NCBI GenBank assembly: GCA_951406725.2
Contig: OX597824.1
Location: 9,238,001-9,302,000 of the forward strand
DNA: 64,000 bases
Direction: 5' to 3'
Source: Octopus vulgaris
Taxonomy: Eukaryota
A model generated the notes under the pieces. The model did no database searches. It was not told where the DNA came from and was given only the letters and a program-made list of their open reading frames with translations. Position 1 is the stretch's first letter. Every line of letters begins with the position of its first letter. A program made the position numbers and the translations under genes. This document shows positions 24,896 through 38,713 of the stretch, piece by piece.

Positions 24896-26480
24896 TCTTC
24901 TCTCAACACAATTTGCTTAGTATGACTGCTCCAGCAACTAAAATCTTTGATTAAGTAGATCAATATTAAGTACGAGCATATAAATGTAAGAGCAAAGGGA
25001 ATAATGTTTTTAACACCCCACACATCTTCTGATGCACGCATTTTAACCGTGAACTCTTGTGTCAATAATCACTGCTGCCGAGTGTGTTTTATAGAAACTG
25101 ATCGATGTTCCTATGGTGTAAAGTTTTCTTATTTTTAAGAACAATTTTCAAACATGGACTATAAATTTAAGATAGAAGAAACAAAATGCTCACAAATTTA
25201 ACTGTGTTCTCTGTTGGCTTTCCACGAACCTATAATACGAGTTCTATACTTCATTTCAGAGGATTACGGGAAAAAAAAAACTATGGCCCTTCAAATCGTT
25301 TTGCCAACTAGTTAGCGGAAAAGGAGAATAAAAATAATGACTTTTATGTTCCTGCAAATGGAAATAGGGTATCAGGGTGTCTTCAAGCCGGGACACCTTT
25401 CCGGAATGGTACTTATTTAATCGACCCCTTTCCGGAATGATGTGATCAATCAATGGACAGATGGTCTACCACCTAAGGAAAGGTAAATGCTTATTTATTT
25501 TGCAAGTTGCCACGTAGTTTCTGATTAACCAATGCAAGTCTTAGGTTTATCTGAGGCTACGCTAGAAGGCATTTGCTCAAGACATCCGTCAAACCAAGGA
25601 AGCGAAACCGCGTGGTTTTGATACAAATCTCTTAAGCAGATAGTAAAACGTATCTTGTGCTTTTAAATGACTTGTAACAAAACATAGGAGAATGCCACTA
25701 TGTGGTCGCTAACACTGCCAAAAGTAGTACCCCATATTTCTCTCAAACTACAGGCCACATTTTGTTTATAAATGGACATATATAATGTAGCCAGGGATAC
25801 ACCATTGCTAAAAAGGAAAAGAAAAGCAGGATTCACTATATTCCGACCGTAGATATGCCTTTGATCACTGATATGCATGAGTGGAGCTGCCTTGGGATCT
25901 GAACAACAACTGCAAAAATAACACCATCAAGGACATCAACAACAACAACAACACTAACAGAACGGATGCTACACAAAAAGAAACTTCTAAAATATCGGCT
26001 GATTATCTCCTAGCCTATTGAAGCATCCATTAACAATCTCCTACATTCTCTGGCCCATAAACAGGCTATAAACGTCGTCAGATTCCTTATATATTAGCAG
26101 ATATATCTAAACGGTTTTACAGCGAACTGTATTGCATGTTTCGAGTTTCCTTTTATGCTGTTTCATTAGGAAATTTGCTTTATGATTTTCTGTGGAATAA
26201 AAAGAAGAAAAAAATACCTCTTACAGTAATTCGTAATAGGTTCCGATCTATTATGGTTACGTGTTACATAAAATACAGAAGATATTGTGTAGCACATTTC
26301 TCGAAGTGACTTTCAGTATTCTTATCCAATTTATATTAGAACTATAAATCGCAGAAGAAATCAGGAGGCAACCGAAAGACAAGGATGTAAAATATATAAA
26401 GAAAACTACACGAATACAGACACAAGACGACACAGAGATAAATCTATATACTCATATACACACACTCATATGTGTATGTA

Positions 26481-26527
<47 letters not shown>

Positions 26528-26786
26528 ACATAGGTGTGTGTTTGGGAGTATGTATATATATGTATGTTAGCAAGTGTACGAATGTGTGTGAATGCATGTG
26601 TATGTGTGTATGTGTGTAGGTAATAATATGTTTCGAACACATAAAACAGAATAAATAAGCACACGGACACACACAAAATACTCACACACTTACAAACACA
26701 CACACACATATATATTGTGTATACGTACTACATATTATATATTTTGCATATGTACACTATGTATAAATATATATATATATATATGT

Positions 26787-26952
<166 letters not shown>

Positions 26953-27360
26953 CACACGTATATAGATACATGAATATACTTGGAAATATGTATAAATGTA
27001 TGCCGAATTCAAAGACGCAAACATACATTTATATATTTCGTAAGACGTTAATATGGAGCCGTGATCGTTTAGCAAACACCCAATAATCTTGAAGATAAAG
27101 ATAGTTGTTCCCCTCCTTGTTATTTCATTACTTGCAGCTACATTCCACATCGTCAATATTTATTTTTTGTAACCGTGGCAGAATTTTATTCCCGTTCTTC
27201 TTTTTATAATCATATTTATTCCAAAGAATACAAAACAACGGAAACTACACTCGGGATAAAAAGTAAAACGACATACCAGTTAAGTGATAGAGTATGGTAA
27301 CGCTTTTTTTTCTCCTATTTGGTATGCTTCTTCACACACATACACACGCACACACATACA

Positions 27361-27505
<145 letters not shown>

Positions 27506-27744
27506 CACAGGTATGGCTGTATGGTAAGTAGGTTGCTTACCAACCACAAGGTTCCGGGTTCAGTTCTTGAAGCATTGTGTATTGTGGCACAACAATGTAT
27601 TGTTGTGCCATTCAGAACACATTATTATTCTTATTTATTATATTTTACTTATTATATGTAAACATTTATACATACACACAAACATATATTTACACACATG
27701 AATATGTATATGTATGTATATCTATATCTATCTATCTATATATA

Positions 27745-27780
<36 letters not shown>

Positions 27781-27880
27781 TATATAGGGGGAGAGTTCAG
27801 AAAAAAAAAACAAAAGACGAAGGCATGTGGTGTACAAAACAAACAGATGTGTTAGTATAACGCTCAGGAATAGAAAAAGT

Positions 27881-27916
27881 CTTTTACGTTTCGAGCCTGC
27901 GCCCTTCTACAGAAAG
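27881..27916 (-). ncRNA. Minimal hammerhead fold with a mutated core (CUGUAGA)
   Basis: CUUU-CUGUAGA-A-GGGC-GCAG-GCUC-GAAA-CG-UA-AAAG. Same architecture as 9149-9185. Confidence 0.6.
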
Positions 27917-28019
27917 GGACACAGAAAAAATACAAGGAGAGGAACAAAAATGTGTGTAGTGGCTACCGATCTATCATGGCGACTGCCGGACATATGTGTG
28001 TGTGTGTGTGTGTTATGTT

Positions 28020-28157
28020 GACCCCAGTGTTCAAGTGTTACTTATTTTATCGGAACTCGAAAGGATAAAAAGTAAAGTCACTCTCGTTGGGATTTGAACT
28101 CAGAGAGTGAAGACATACGAAATGCTGCTAAACATCTGGCCTAAGCGTGCTGACGGT
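28020..28157 (-). mobile_element. SINE family A, diverged partial copy
   Basis: Family match. Confidence 0.75.
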
Positions 28158-28249
28158 TCTGCCAGCTCGGCGCCTTACTGAGACTTGTAGTATTAAAGAA
28201 TAGAAGATCATATTTTGCTATACAAGCGGTAAGTACACGTTATAAAAAA

Positions 28250-28648
28250 TCTTTTCTACTCTATGTACAAGGCCCGAAATTTTGGGGGAGAGGGTCAGTC
28301 GATTACATCGACTCCAGTACACAACTGGTACTTAATTTATCAACGCCGAAAGAATGAAAGACAAAGTCGACCTCAGCGGGATTTGGACTCGGAACATAAA
28401 GACAAACGAAATACCTATTTTTTTACTACCCACAAGGGGCTAAACACAGAGGGGACAAACAAGGACAGACAAACGGATTAAGTCGATTACATCGTCCCCA
28501 GTGCGTAACTGGTACTTAATTTATTGACCCTGAAAGGATGAAATGCAAAGTCGACCTCGGCGGAATTTGAACCCAGAACGTAACGGCAGACGAACTACCG
28601 CTTAGCATTTCGCTCGGCGTGCTAACGTTTCTGCCAGCTCGACGCCTT
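28250..28648 (-). mobile_element. SINE family A, dimeric form
   Basis: Family match with two body units. Confidence 0.88.
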
Positions 28649-29547
28649 ACTGAAAGCTGTAGCATTAAGGAATAGAAGATCAAATTTTGCTATACAAACA
28701 GTAAGTAGATGTTATTAATATTAACAATTTGCCTATGCAACAACGTGTTTCTGAATCCCTGCATAATGCACGGACCCTTGGCTTTTGGTACATAGACCAT
28801 ATTCTTTAAGAGAATACCTCGCTAGACACAAACCTGTACAGAAACCCCTGATTTGCTTAGACCTCTCATTTACATCCTTTTATTTACTGTCCGCAATATG
28901 TTTTTATTCATTAATACCTTCCAGTGTTCCAATCCGTTACTTATAACGTACTGTTTAATTATCATTATATATAACTAAATGAAATACCGCTCGGAAAGTG
29001 GTGCGTCTCTTTGCTGGAATAATATAAGCAGTTAATCCATTCATCTTTGCGAACAAGTTAATATTTGTTATATTCATAGATTTCCTCTTCATATTTCAAT
29101 AATCTAAAGATACCCTCAGATATAATTACAGGCTCATTCAGCGTACAAATTTATGATCACACATAATTTATTCTAGTTTGCTATTTTCGTGATCGGAGAG
29201 GAGCAGAAGTCTTCGATTTGTGTTTACGATTAGGAGACAAATATCATTAATCATATTTGAAACACTACAAGGACTGAAGAAATCGAGTGATCCAATAATC
29301 TTTGGTAATTGATAAATTTAGTTGTTGTGAGAAATGAAGTTTCAAACCATATTGCTTTGATAGAACGGTAACGAAATAGCCGGAGGGACAGAAAAAGTTA
29401 TTAGGATGAATGTTAGAGAAAGAGTGATTAGATGAAAAGTTGTACGGTGCGAATTACAAAAGCAGAAAATGAGATGTGCAGTGCGAAGGAAGGCGGGCGT
29501 GTGTCACAGCGCGGTTAAATATTACTTAATTTAACGTGAGAGAAGTG

Positions 29548-29865
29548 AAGGCGCATGGCTCAGTGGTTAGAGCGTCGAGCTTACGATCGTGAGGTTGTGA
29601 GTTCGGACCGGGCTGCGTGTTGTGTTCTTGAGCAAGACACTTTATTTCACTTTGCTCCGGTTTACTCAACTGTAGAAATGAGTTGCGACATCACTGGTGC
29701 CAAGATGTATCACTGGTGCCAAGAAGTGTGGAGTGTGGAGAGGGGAGCCCGGTATGCATGGACGACTGCTGGCCTTCCATAAACAACCTTGCTCGGACTT
29801 GTACTTCGGAGGGTAACTTTCTAGTTGCAATCCCATGGTCATTCATGACCGAAGTGGTCTCCCTC
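29548..29865 (+). mobile_element. tRNA-derived SINE related to family C
   Basis: GGCGCATGGCTCAGTGGTTAGAGCG head with an A box, followed by the CORE-like CTTGAGCAAGACACTT. Confidence 0.78.
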
Positions 29866-30063
29866 TTAAGCGTGAGAGATGTTTAATGTGATAGCAAGTG
29901 TGAGGGTGGGCTGCTTTTGTAATGCGAGTCGATCGATTCCGAGTTTGGAGTTTTGATTGCATAGATATATGGTACGTATGAATGCATGTGTCACACTTAG
30001 CTTCATTACAGAACAGCCAATAGTATGAGGTTAATTGACTAACGTATTTTCTGTAATGAACAT

Positions 30064-30845
30064 ATATGAGGTCTGATCAATAAGTATCCGGACTGTTGCC
30101 ATAGTAATGAAGCTAAAGCACGCAAAGTGAGGCTGCTTGGCACAGATTAACCTTGAGCTTTGTTGTGCATGCACACTAAATTTTAATGTTCTAGCTCTCC
30201 CTGCTTTCTACAGCAGTGCTTGAAAGGAAGGTGTGTAGCGTGTGATCGTCGCATTGACCATGAAAGAGAAAGTTGTCATGGTGATAACTGCTCAGACGCC
30301 TACGCAAAGTCGCAGAAAGTGTATGGGGAAAAGTGTAGGGGCCACACACGTGTACAAGTGATTCAGCCATTTATAAGATGGCCCAAAACAAAAATATGTC
30401 GATAGTGACGAACGTTCTGGAAGACCCGCAGCCAGCAAAACTGAGAAAAACACCGGAGATGTGCATATAGCTTTGACGGGAGATCGTCGAGTCACCATTC
30501 GTGAGTTGTCAGAGGATGTGCAGATTAATTGCGGTCCAGTTCAGTCCATTATCACTGAAGATTTGGGTATGAGACGCGTGTCCGCCAAGTTTGTGTCAAA
30601 ACTGCATTCAGTTGACCAAAAAGACACTCGGGTTTCAGTTGCACAAGATCTCCTTGATTGTGTCGAAAACGAGGAAAGCATTTAGAAAAGCATTTAGAAA
30701 ACTTTGCGTAGGCCTCAGAGCAAGTATCGCCAAGCTTTTAGCAAAATTTGATGCAGATTATCTGCACAACTTTCTCTGTCATGATCAATGCGACGATCAC
30801 ACACTACAAACCTTCCTTTCAAGCGCTAGCAGGGAGAGCTAGAAC
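30064..30845 (+). mobile_element. Mariner-type transposon deletion derivative
   Basis: TIR-like start GAGGTCTGATCAATAAGTATCCGGACTG. Peptide DERSGRP...DRRVTIRELSE...IITEDLGMRRVSAKFV.KL. Segment 30188-30275 is inverted at 30766-30845. Confidence 0.88.
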
Positions 30846-30974
30846 GATGCTATAGTAGAAGACACTTGCCTAAGGTGCCACACGGTTGGACTGTAATCGG
30901 CACCATGTGGTTGGTAAGCAAGCTACTTACCACACAGACACTCCTGCACATATGTATGTATAAATATATATATA

Positions 30975-31388
30975 CTCTTTACTCTCTTTTACTTGTTTCA
31001 GTCATGTGACTGTGGCCATGCTGGAGCACCGCCTTTTAGTCGATCAAATCGACCCCAGGACTTATTCTTTGTAAGCCTAGTACTTATTTTATCGGTCCCT
31101 TTTTGCCGAACCGCTAAGTTACGGGGACGTATACACACCAGCATCGGTTGTCAAGCGATGTTGGGGGACAAACACAGACACACAAACACACACAGACACA
31201 CAAACACATATATATACATATATACGACGGGCTTCTTTCAGTTTCCGTCTACCAAATCCACTCATAAGGCTTTGGTCGGCCCGTGGCTATAGTAGAAGAC
31301 ACTTGTCCAAGATGCCACGCAGTGGGACTGAACCCGGAACCATGTGGTTGGTAAGCAAGCTACTTACCACACAGCCACTCCTGCGTCT
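30975..31388 (-). mobile_element. SINE family B (tRNA head, CORE-like block, internal microsatellite)
   Basis: Full-length family match. Confidence 0.9.
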
Positions 31389-32612
31389 ATATATATATAT
31401 ATATATATTTAAATTTTATAGCGAGGAAACTAGACAATACTCTTAATGTTTTATATGCTGTGCCAAATTCGTGAGGATGAAAGGCAACTTAATCCCAACA
31501 TAAACGTTCGCAATCATGGGGACTCCGCTAAAATTAAGTAAGTCAACGGGCGGCAACACTAAACTTAGAGACGTATTAAGTCACTTCAATTGGCTGAATT
31601 AGGATTTTAATTCAAGACGAAAAGATCAGTAGAAAAACTGCCAGGCATCATTCTTGCATTTCTCATAATCTACCATCTTGGACTTGTAATGTTTCATCGA
31701 TCCCGAAATGATGAAAGGCAAAGTTGATTTCGACGAGATTATTTGTTTTTATCGATTGTTTTACTTAAAAGTAGTCGAATATTAATTTTAAAATTACTCA
31801 ATACATTTAAGTCGGGCAAAATTCATTTTTGCAAAGAAAAGGAGCGACTTCGTAATTTTGTCATATGAATTAGTCAAACCAAAATGTTTTCTATTTCAAG
31901 TTTTTCGTCTTGTGTTGGTTCATCTTGTGGGTGTGGGCAAGTGATTACACTATAGACGTGTTATGTATGATTGTGTATGTTTGTGAAATGAAAAGAAAAG
32001 AAGAAGAAATATATTGACAGATTATTGATTGGATGAACAAAAATAGACACTTTTATGATTGTATTATATTAAATCGGAGTGAAGATATTATGGTGAATGC
32101 AAACTAGTTGAATTTGATGGAGAAAAGCAGAATGTGATACGTGGCCAACAAGGAAGAAAATCAAAATGAAGAATGCGATGCAGGAAAAGATATACAAAAG
32201 CAGAAGATTTATTACTGCGTTTCTTCTCCTTCTTCGGATTTTTTACCTACTATTCTTTTGCCATTTTCCCTTTCCTCTCTGCTAGTCTTTGTTCATTTTC
32301 TGCTACTTCCCCTTCGTCTTCCTCTTCATTATTCTTCGATTAATGGGTTCAGATTCATCATTAAATGGCCAGCAGATACTGACACTGTTGACATCGTTCA
32401 TGAAAGAAACCGATACAACGGAGTTAATTTTAGGTCCTGGAATTTGCTGAGAACAATGTAGTTGTACTCCTTACACTGTTAGATACAAATAACGCAACAT
32501 TTTGGCGACAAATACCATAAACACCAACACTACATACCTCACTACACAGGAGCGTATATTATTTACATTATTTACATTTGACGGATATTTGTCCTCATCT
32601 GGTTTGTTGTTA

Positions 32613-32656
32613 ACACAACGTTTCGGCTGATATACCCACCAGCCTTCATCAGGTGT
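32613..32656 (-). ncRNA. Minimal type-I hammerhead ribozyme
   Basis: ACAC-CUGAUGA-A-GGCUG-GUGGGUAUAU-CAGCC-GAAA-CG-UU-GUGU. Canonical core with palindromic AACGUU. Confidence 0.8.
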
Positions 32657-33009
32657 CTTGGGACCTATTATTATGATTATGATTATCATTAAGGCGGTGT
32701 GCTGGCAGAATGGTTAGCATGGAAGGCCACAATATCAGCGGTATTTCATCCATCTTCACAGCCTGAGTTCAATTCTGACCGAGGTTGACTTTGCCTTTAA
32801 TCCCGTTCGAGGTCGAATAAAACAAGCACCAGCGATGTTCTTTTTCTTAAAACGCAAGGCGAATGTATCTTGTGGTGTTAAAACCAAGTTTAAATCATTA
32901 TATCCATTCATCATTAAACTGATAAAGGATCATTTTTAATTGATCAAATCTCATGAGGTAGAATGACCTGCTGTTGAAAGAGAACTAACGAAATTGCTGC
33001 AGGACATAT

Positions 33010-33383
33010 AGCTTGCTTACCAACGACATGGTTCCGGGTTCAGTCCCACTGCGTGGCACTTCGGGAAAGTGTCTTCTAATATAACCTCGGACCGACCAAA
33101 GCCTTGGGAGTGGATTTGGTGGACGGAAACTGAAAGAAGCCCGTCGTATATGTATATATGTATGTGTGTGTGTATGTATGTGTGTGTTTGTGTGTCTGTC
33201 CCCACAACATCGCTTGACAACCGATGCTGGTGTGTTTACGTCCCCGTAACTTAGCGGTTCGGCAAAATACACCGATAGAATAAGTACTAGGCTTACAAAG
33301 AATAAGTGCTGGGGTCGATTTCCTAGACTAAAGGCGGTGCTCCAGCATGGCTGTAGTCAAATGACTAAAACAAGTAAAAGAGT
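33010..33383 (+). mobile_element. SINE family B, 5'-truncated
   Basis: Family match. Confidence 0.88.
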
Positions 33384-34543
33384 AATATAAAGTTGATGCA
33401 CAAACCACAGTTTAAATTCAATTCAGGAAGCTAGTTATTCAGAAGTGAAATATATTAAACTGAAGAAAATTTATGACTTACAACAGATTTCAGTTTATGA
33501 TCCTGCTATAAGCCTTTGTACACCGTATAGTTTGTGAAGACGAATCATTATACCATTATACAATCTTTATAGTAATCTAACAGAGATTTTTTTTTTACTG
33601 TTTTAACAACTAACCTCTCTGCTGGATTTTCAGTGGATCTCAGTCAAGATGTAAACCGACAAGACTCTTTTGATAGCCAGTATAGAAATGTTTTTATAGT
33701 CTAATTACCGTATTGCTCTATCATTAAAAAAATAATATAAGTCCATAATGTTGTAAGGTGTTATCTGATTAAAATATCTCGTTTTTATTGATTTGATTTC
33801 TTTCATAGGTTTCTCTGTTTACATCACATATTTACTAAGACAAACATCTTCTCTTTTTCCGTTTTACAGAAATGTAAATTTGCATAAGTTTCCTTACGTA
33901 TTCCCATAATTAATTGCGTTATAAATTTGTTTATTATAATTAAAGCAATAACTAGTGGAGATTCTGCGAAACCTTGCCATGTAGGTGTACTCTGCGATTA
34001 CGAAAACCAATACAAATTTTTAGTTTTAAAATCATCATTAAATAAGAATTTCTAAATATAAAAATTTCTTAATACTTATATAAATCGGGCAGTAAGCTAA
34101 CTGTCGTTGGAGCATCAGAGATAATTTATTCTGGTGTTCGTGTCTAACATCTTTCCCAAAAACCTGTTGGCCGTGTGCCAAAACATGAAGCCTCTTTTTC
34201 TGTTAAAATATATGTAAGAAAATGTCTTTGTTCTTATGCAAATACCTCTATAAATGTTCAATGCCTTACGACTCTCATTCATCCTGAGATTCTTGTATTT
34301 ACATTTGGTAAATTTGATCACTACTGAATTATGCATGTACACACGTAGACACATACACGCGCCCGCACGCACACAGACAACCTCACACATATACAAACAC
34401 AAATACCCCCACACATACATACATACATACACATATACTAACATACACACACACTCACACACATATGTATATATATATATTATAAGTTTATATATTTGTT
34501 GTGCAAGACCTTTTATGTGAAGTCGTGTGTTGAAACAGATATC

Positions 34544-34713
34544 GTTATATTTCGGAATGGTCATTTTGCCAGTTTAGCCAATAAAAACACACGCACTATA
34601 TAAGATTAAGATTAATGTAAAAAATAAATAACGCTAAAGCAAAGTAACACCAAATATATAGTGCGTGTGTTTTTATTGGCTAAACTGGCAAAATGACCAT
34701 TCCGAAATATAAC
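34544..34713. repeat. Perfect 59-bp inverted repeat with a 52-bp spacer
   Basis: 34544-34602 is the reverse complement of 34655-34713. Confidence 0.92.
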
Positions 34714-35783
34714 AATATATATTTATATATCTTAATATAATTTTGAGTGGTGTTTCTTTGCCCGTCACATGTTTATGTTCGTTAACTCCTCCCAGCCCAC
34801 TGGTGCAAGGATAACGAAACTCAACTTAATCCCAAATAATGTCCTAAGAGGGTCTATATTTTGAGGGCCATCTAATGGTTAGCACGGAAGGCCACAATGT
34901 CAGCGGTATTCCGTCCATCTTCACGGCTTGAGTTCAATTATTTTTGCTGCATTTTAAATCAAATACATACAATTGGCGAGGAAATCAGACCAATGACAAT
35001 GAATTTCATACCATGAAAAGGAGAATCGTAAGGAGGTTCAATTTCTGAAGGGCCGTTTAAACGGGGCCCCACTGAGTTACTCCACCATCAACCCGGAACC
35101 ATGTTGTTGGTAAGCAAGCTACTTACCACATAGCCACTCCTGCGCTTATATATATATAATTGCATAACTATAAAATTAATACAAACAGTTAGTGAAAATA
35201 AACTTTCGAAATATAGAAAATCGCTCTTGAGAATATTATTAAAACAATTTGTTATTTTTTTAGATTTCCATTCCACTCGAAATTCCAAATCTAATTCGCG
35301 TTTCTAAAACTGTTGCGTAAATGTATGGAATACCATAACAATTTCTATTTTTCCTTTTCCATGCAATAACATTTTACTGCACTCATGCATATGTAACAAA
35401 CCATTAGGCTTCATTAAATTGATAAACCTTTTTCAATTTTTACATCATTTTCCAAATCTCAGAAATTGATGCAACACATATCGACGTTACACGTGTGTTA
35501 TTAATAACGCTTCTATAATTATCTTTTCTTTTGGTTTAAGTAGATTTTTTTCCCCAGCTAATTGTTAACTAACAATAATGATCCTGTAAATATAATTAAC
35601 TGAATTATTGTTAATAATACAAGTTACTGCCTTAATCAATAAACATTACAAAATATCTTATAGATTCCTAATCAATATGTTCATATCTTAAAAATAATAG
35701 TAATGTACTGCATCGCCTGCGTATGTACGAAAGTATGTGAATATATGCATATATATATGTGTGTGTATGTGTGTGTGTTTATG

Positions 35784-35858
<75 letters not shown>

Positions 35859-36858
35859 CTTAGTGTGTGTATCTATGTAAATATATATATATATATATAT
35901 AAAATATGCATATATATATCAATATATATAAATATATATATTTATACATACATATGTACGTACATGTATGTACATATACAGACTAGTATATTCTGTGTAC
36001 ATACACACGTATATACACATATATACACGCATAAAAATGTACATACATATAGTAATATAAAATAAGACAAAGTATGTCTATGTATGTATGTATGTTTACA
36101 TGTAAGCATGTATACGTATGCTTATATGTGTGTGCGTGTATGTGTGTGTGTGTGTGTGTACATGGGCGAGAGTGTGTGTAAGTGTGTGAGTACATGTCTC
36201 TGCATTGCGTATGTGTGTGTACGTAGGCGCAAGCGAAAGATAAAGATGAAATTGAAAATAATTTTCACACTGAGAAAAATTAATTAATTTTCCAAGAAGT
36301 AGAAAAATTAATCATCAAGTTAAAGTAACTAATCAAACCCATCTAATAAATCATATCATATCTCCCATACAAGGCAGCAAGAGGGAGGAGGACGAGGCTG
36401 AGGAGGAGGAGGTGGAGGAAAAGAACGAAGAGGACAACGAGGAGGAGTAAGGGGTGGTGGATAGAGATACAAGGTTATAAGCAAGCAGAAAAAGATAAAG
36501 CGTTAATTATGTAATCGGGAAGAGGTGAAAGGGAGAGAGAAGAGGCGCATTAATGTCATATTTGAAAAGCGCCATGATATATTGGCTGTGCTATTGTGCA
36601 ACGGAATAAAAAGAAAACAGTTTTAAAAACGGAAAAAAGAAAATGGAGATTCGTTGCTGAAAGACGGAGGTTATATTTATAGAAATTTATTCTACAATAT
36701 TAATTACTTAGAACTAAGCAGAAGGTCAAGTTTTGTAAGGTGAGAACATATAATTTATGACAGCTCACTATATATATATATATGTGTGCGTGTGTGTGTC
36801 TGTGTGCTTGTATGTGTGTGTGTGTGTATGTATATATATGTATATATATATATGTATG

Positions 36859-36958
<100 letters not shown>

Positions 36959-37118
36959 GAGAGAATTTACAAAAAGACCAAAGACGAAGATGGGTGTGTA
37001 AACAACAAACACATAATACATACATATATATATATATATACATATATACACACGTATATGTATATATATATATATATATGTATGTATTATATATTTATGT
37101 ATGTACACATCTGTATAG

Positions 37119-37153
<35 letters not shown>

Positions 37154-38345
37154 TGTATGTGTATGTGTGTGTACGAATGATACAGACGAAAGAAAAGGGC
37201 AGCCAAAATATTAAATAAGAGTTATATGCAAAACAATTTGTTTCGGTTCTATGCGACTTATATATATATATATATATATACATACATACATACATACATA
37301 CATACATACATACATACATACATACATACACACACATACATACATACATACATACATACATACATACATACATACATACATACATACATACATACATACA
37401 GTTAGTTTATGGTGACATAATTGGCGGACGGCCGCGTCGTCGGCTACAAGTTAGCAATGTAGCAACACTTTCTCTTAACTGCATAACTGAAAGAGGGACT
37501 AACAATAAAATGGATATTCCTCGATGCAAAACAAATATCTCAATTCACGCACCCCTGAATCCACCGTCCTTAAACCTTTCAAGTATCACAATTCTTCTTG
37601 GCCAGTTACGCGCCCGGAGTGTGCGCCGCTCGATGCAGCCCTTTAAGTTGCTTCTCCTGCATCCTAAACAGATATATACAGCAGACCCGAAAATGTTGCC
37701 CCTTGCTACTGCTCTTAGTCCTTTACTTTAGTTCCATATTAATGCCGCTAGTGAAGAAACAATATTTTTTTCAATACCCAAATCAATTGCTGGTATCTTC
37801 GATACACTCACTTCTAACAAATATACAGATATTGCAAACAAAATATATTTCTCGCCTCGAAGCTGTTTCTATAAACGGTCAACGTTTATGTATCAATTAA
37901 TTAAATATGCTACAAACGTGAGACAGTGTGAATATATGTCATGTTCATTGCACAATCACGGAATAGTAAGTAAAAGCAATATCGATTGGATGACGCCGTT
38001 TCTTGCTCATTAACTTTCTTCAGCATTATGGTGTGCTACAATTGCCATCAAGATGAAGTTGTATATAGAAAAGGCAGCACCCTGTCGATTCCCTTTCTTT
38101 CCGTCCATGAAGATATTGTAGAATAAACATAACAGACGTTTGCAACTCTCTCATATATCTAGAAAATTTAATTAATTTACTGAATTAATTTAAGAAAAAC
38201 AGTGACATTTCAAAACTAAAGTAACTCCCAAATAACGTGTTGAGTACCCTTTCGTTTGTCTGCTCACTCGTATATACACCCATCCATCCATTCATCCATC
38301 CATCCACCCATATATACATAAATAAAGACATACATACATGCATGC

Positions 38346-38390
<45 letters not shown>

Positions 38391-38568
38391 AGGATAAGAT
38401 CGATATTTAGATAACGATCGTATCCTTATTTATATAAATTCATATATTTATTTCGTCGCTGATATTTTTGACCATATCGCACGAGGTGTTTTAGTTGAGC
38501 AATTTAGACTGGTCGTGTGTATACGTGCATATATATGTATGTATACGCTCGTATATGTAACTATTCGT

Positions 38569-38637
<69 letters not shown>

Positions 38638-38656
38638 TTATGTGCTATATGCGTAT

Positions 38657-38713
38657 ATTCCACTGATGAGGCAATGCATTTCTTATGCCAGCCAGAAATC
38701 CGGGATCTGGAAT
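38657..38713 (+). ncRNA. Type-I hammerhead ribozyme
   Basis: AUUCCA-CUGAUGA-GGC...GCC-A-GAAA-UCC-G-GGA-UC-UGGAAU. 6-bp stem I, canonical core, AUC cleavage triplet. Confidence 0.8.

Noticed and set aside
37225-37260. Minus-strand GAAACAAATTGTT, resembling a hammerhead 3' half
   Set aside because: No CTGANGA upstream; truncated by a TA tract.
37420-37900. CpG-rich patch with short ORFs, a possible promoter or exon
   Set aside because: No recognisable motif or convincing splice signals.
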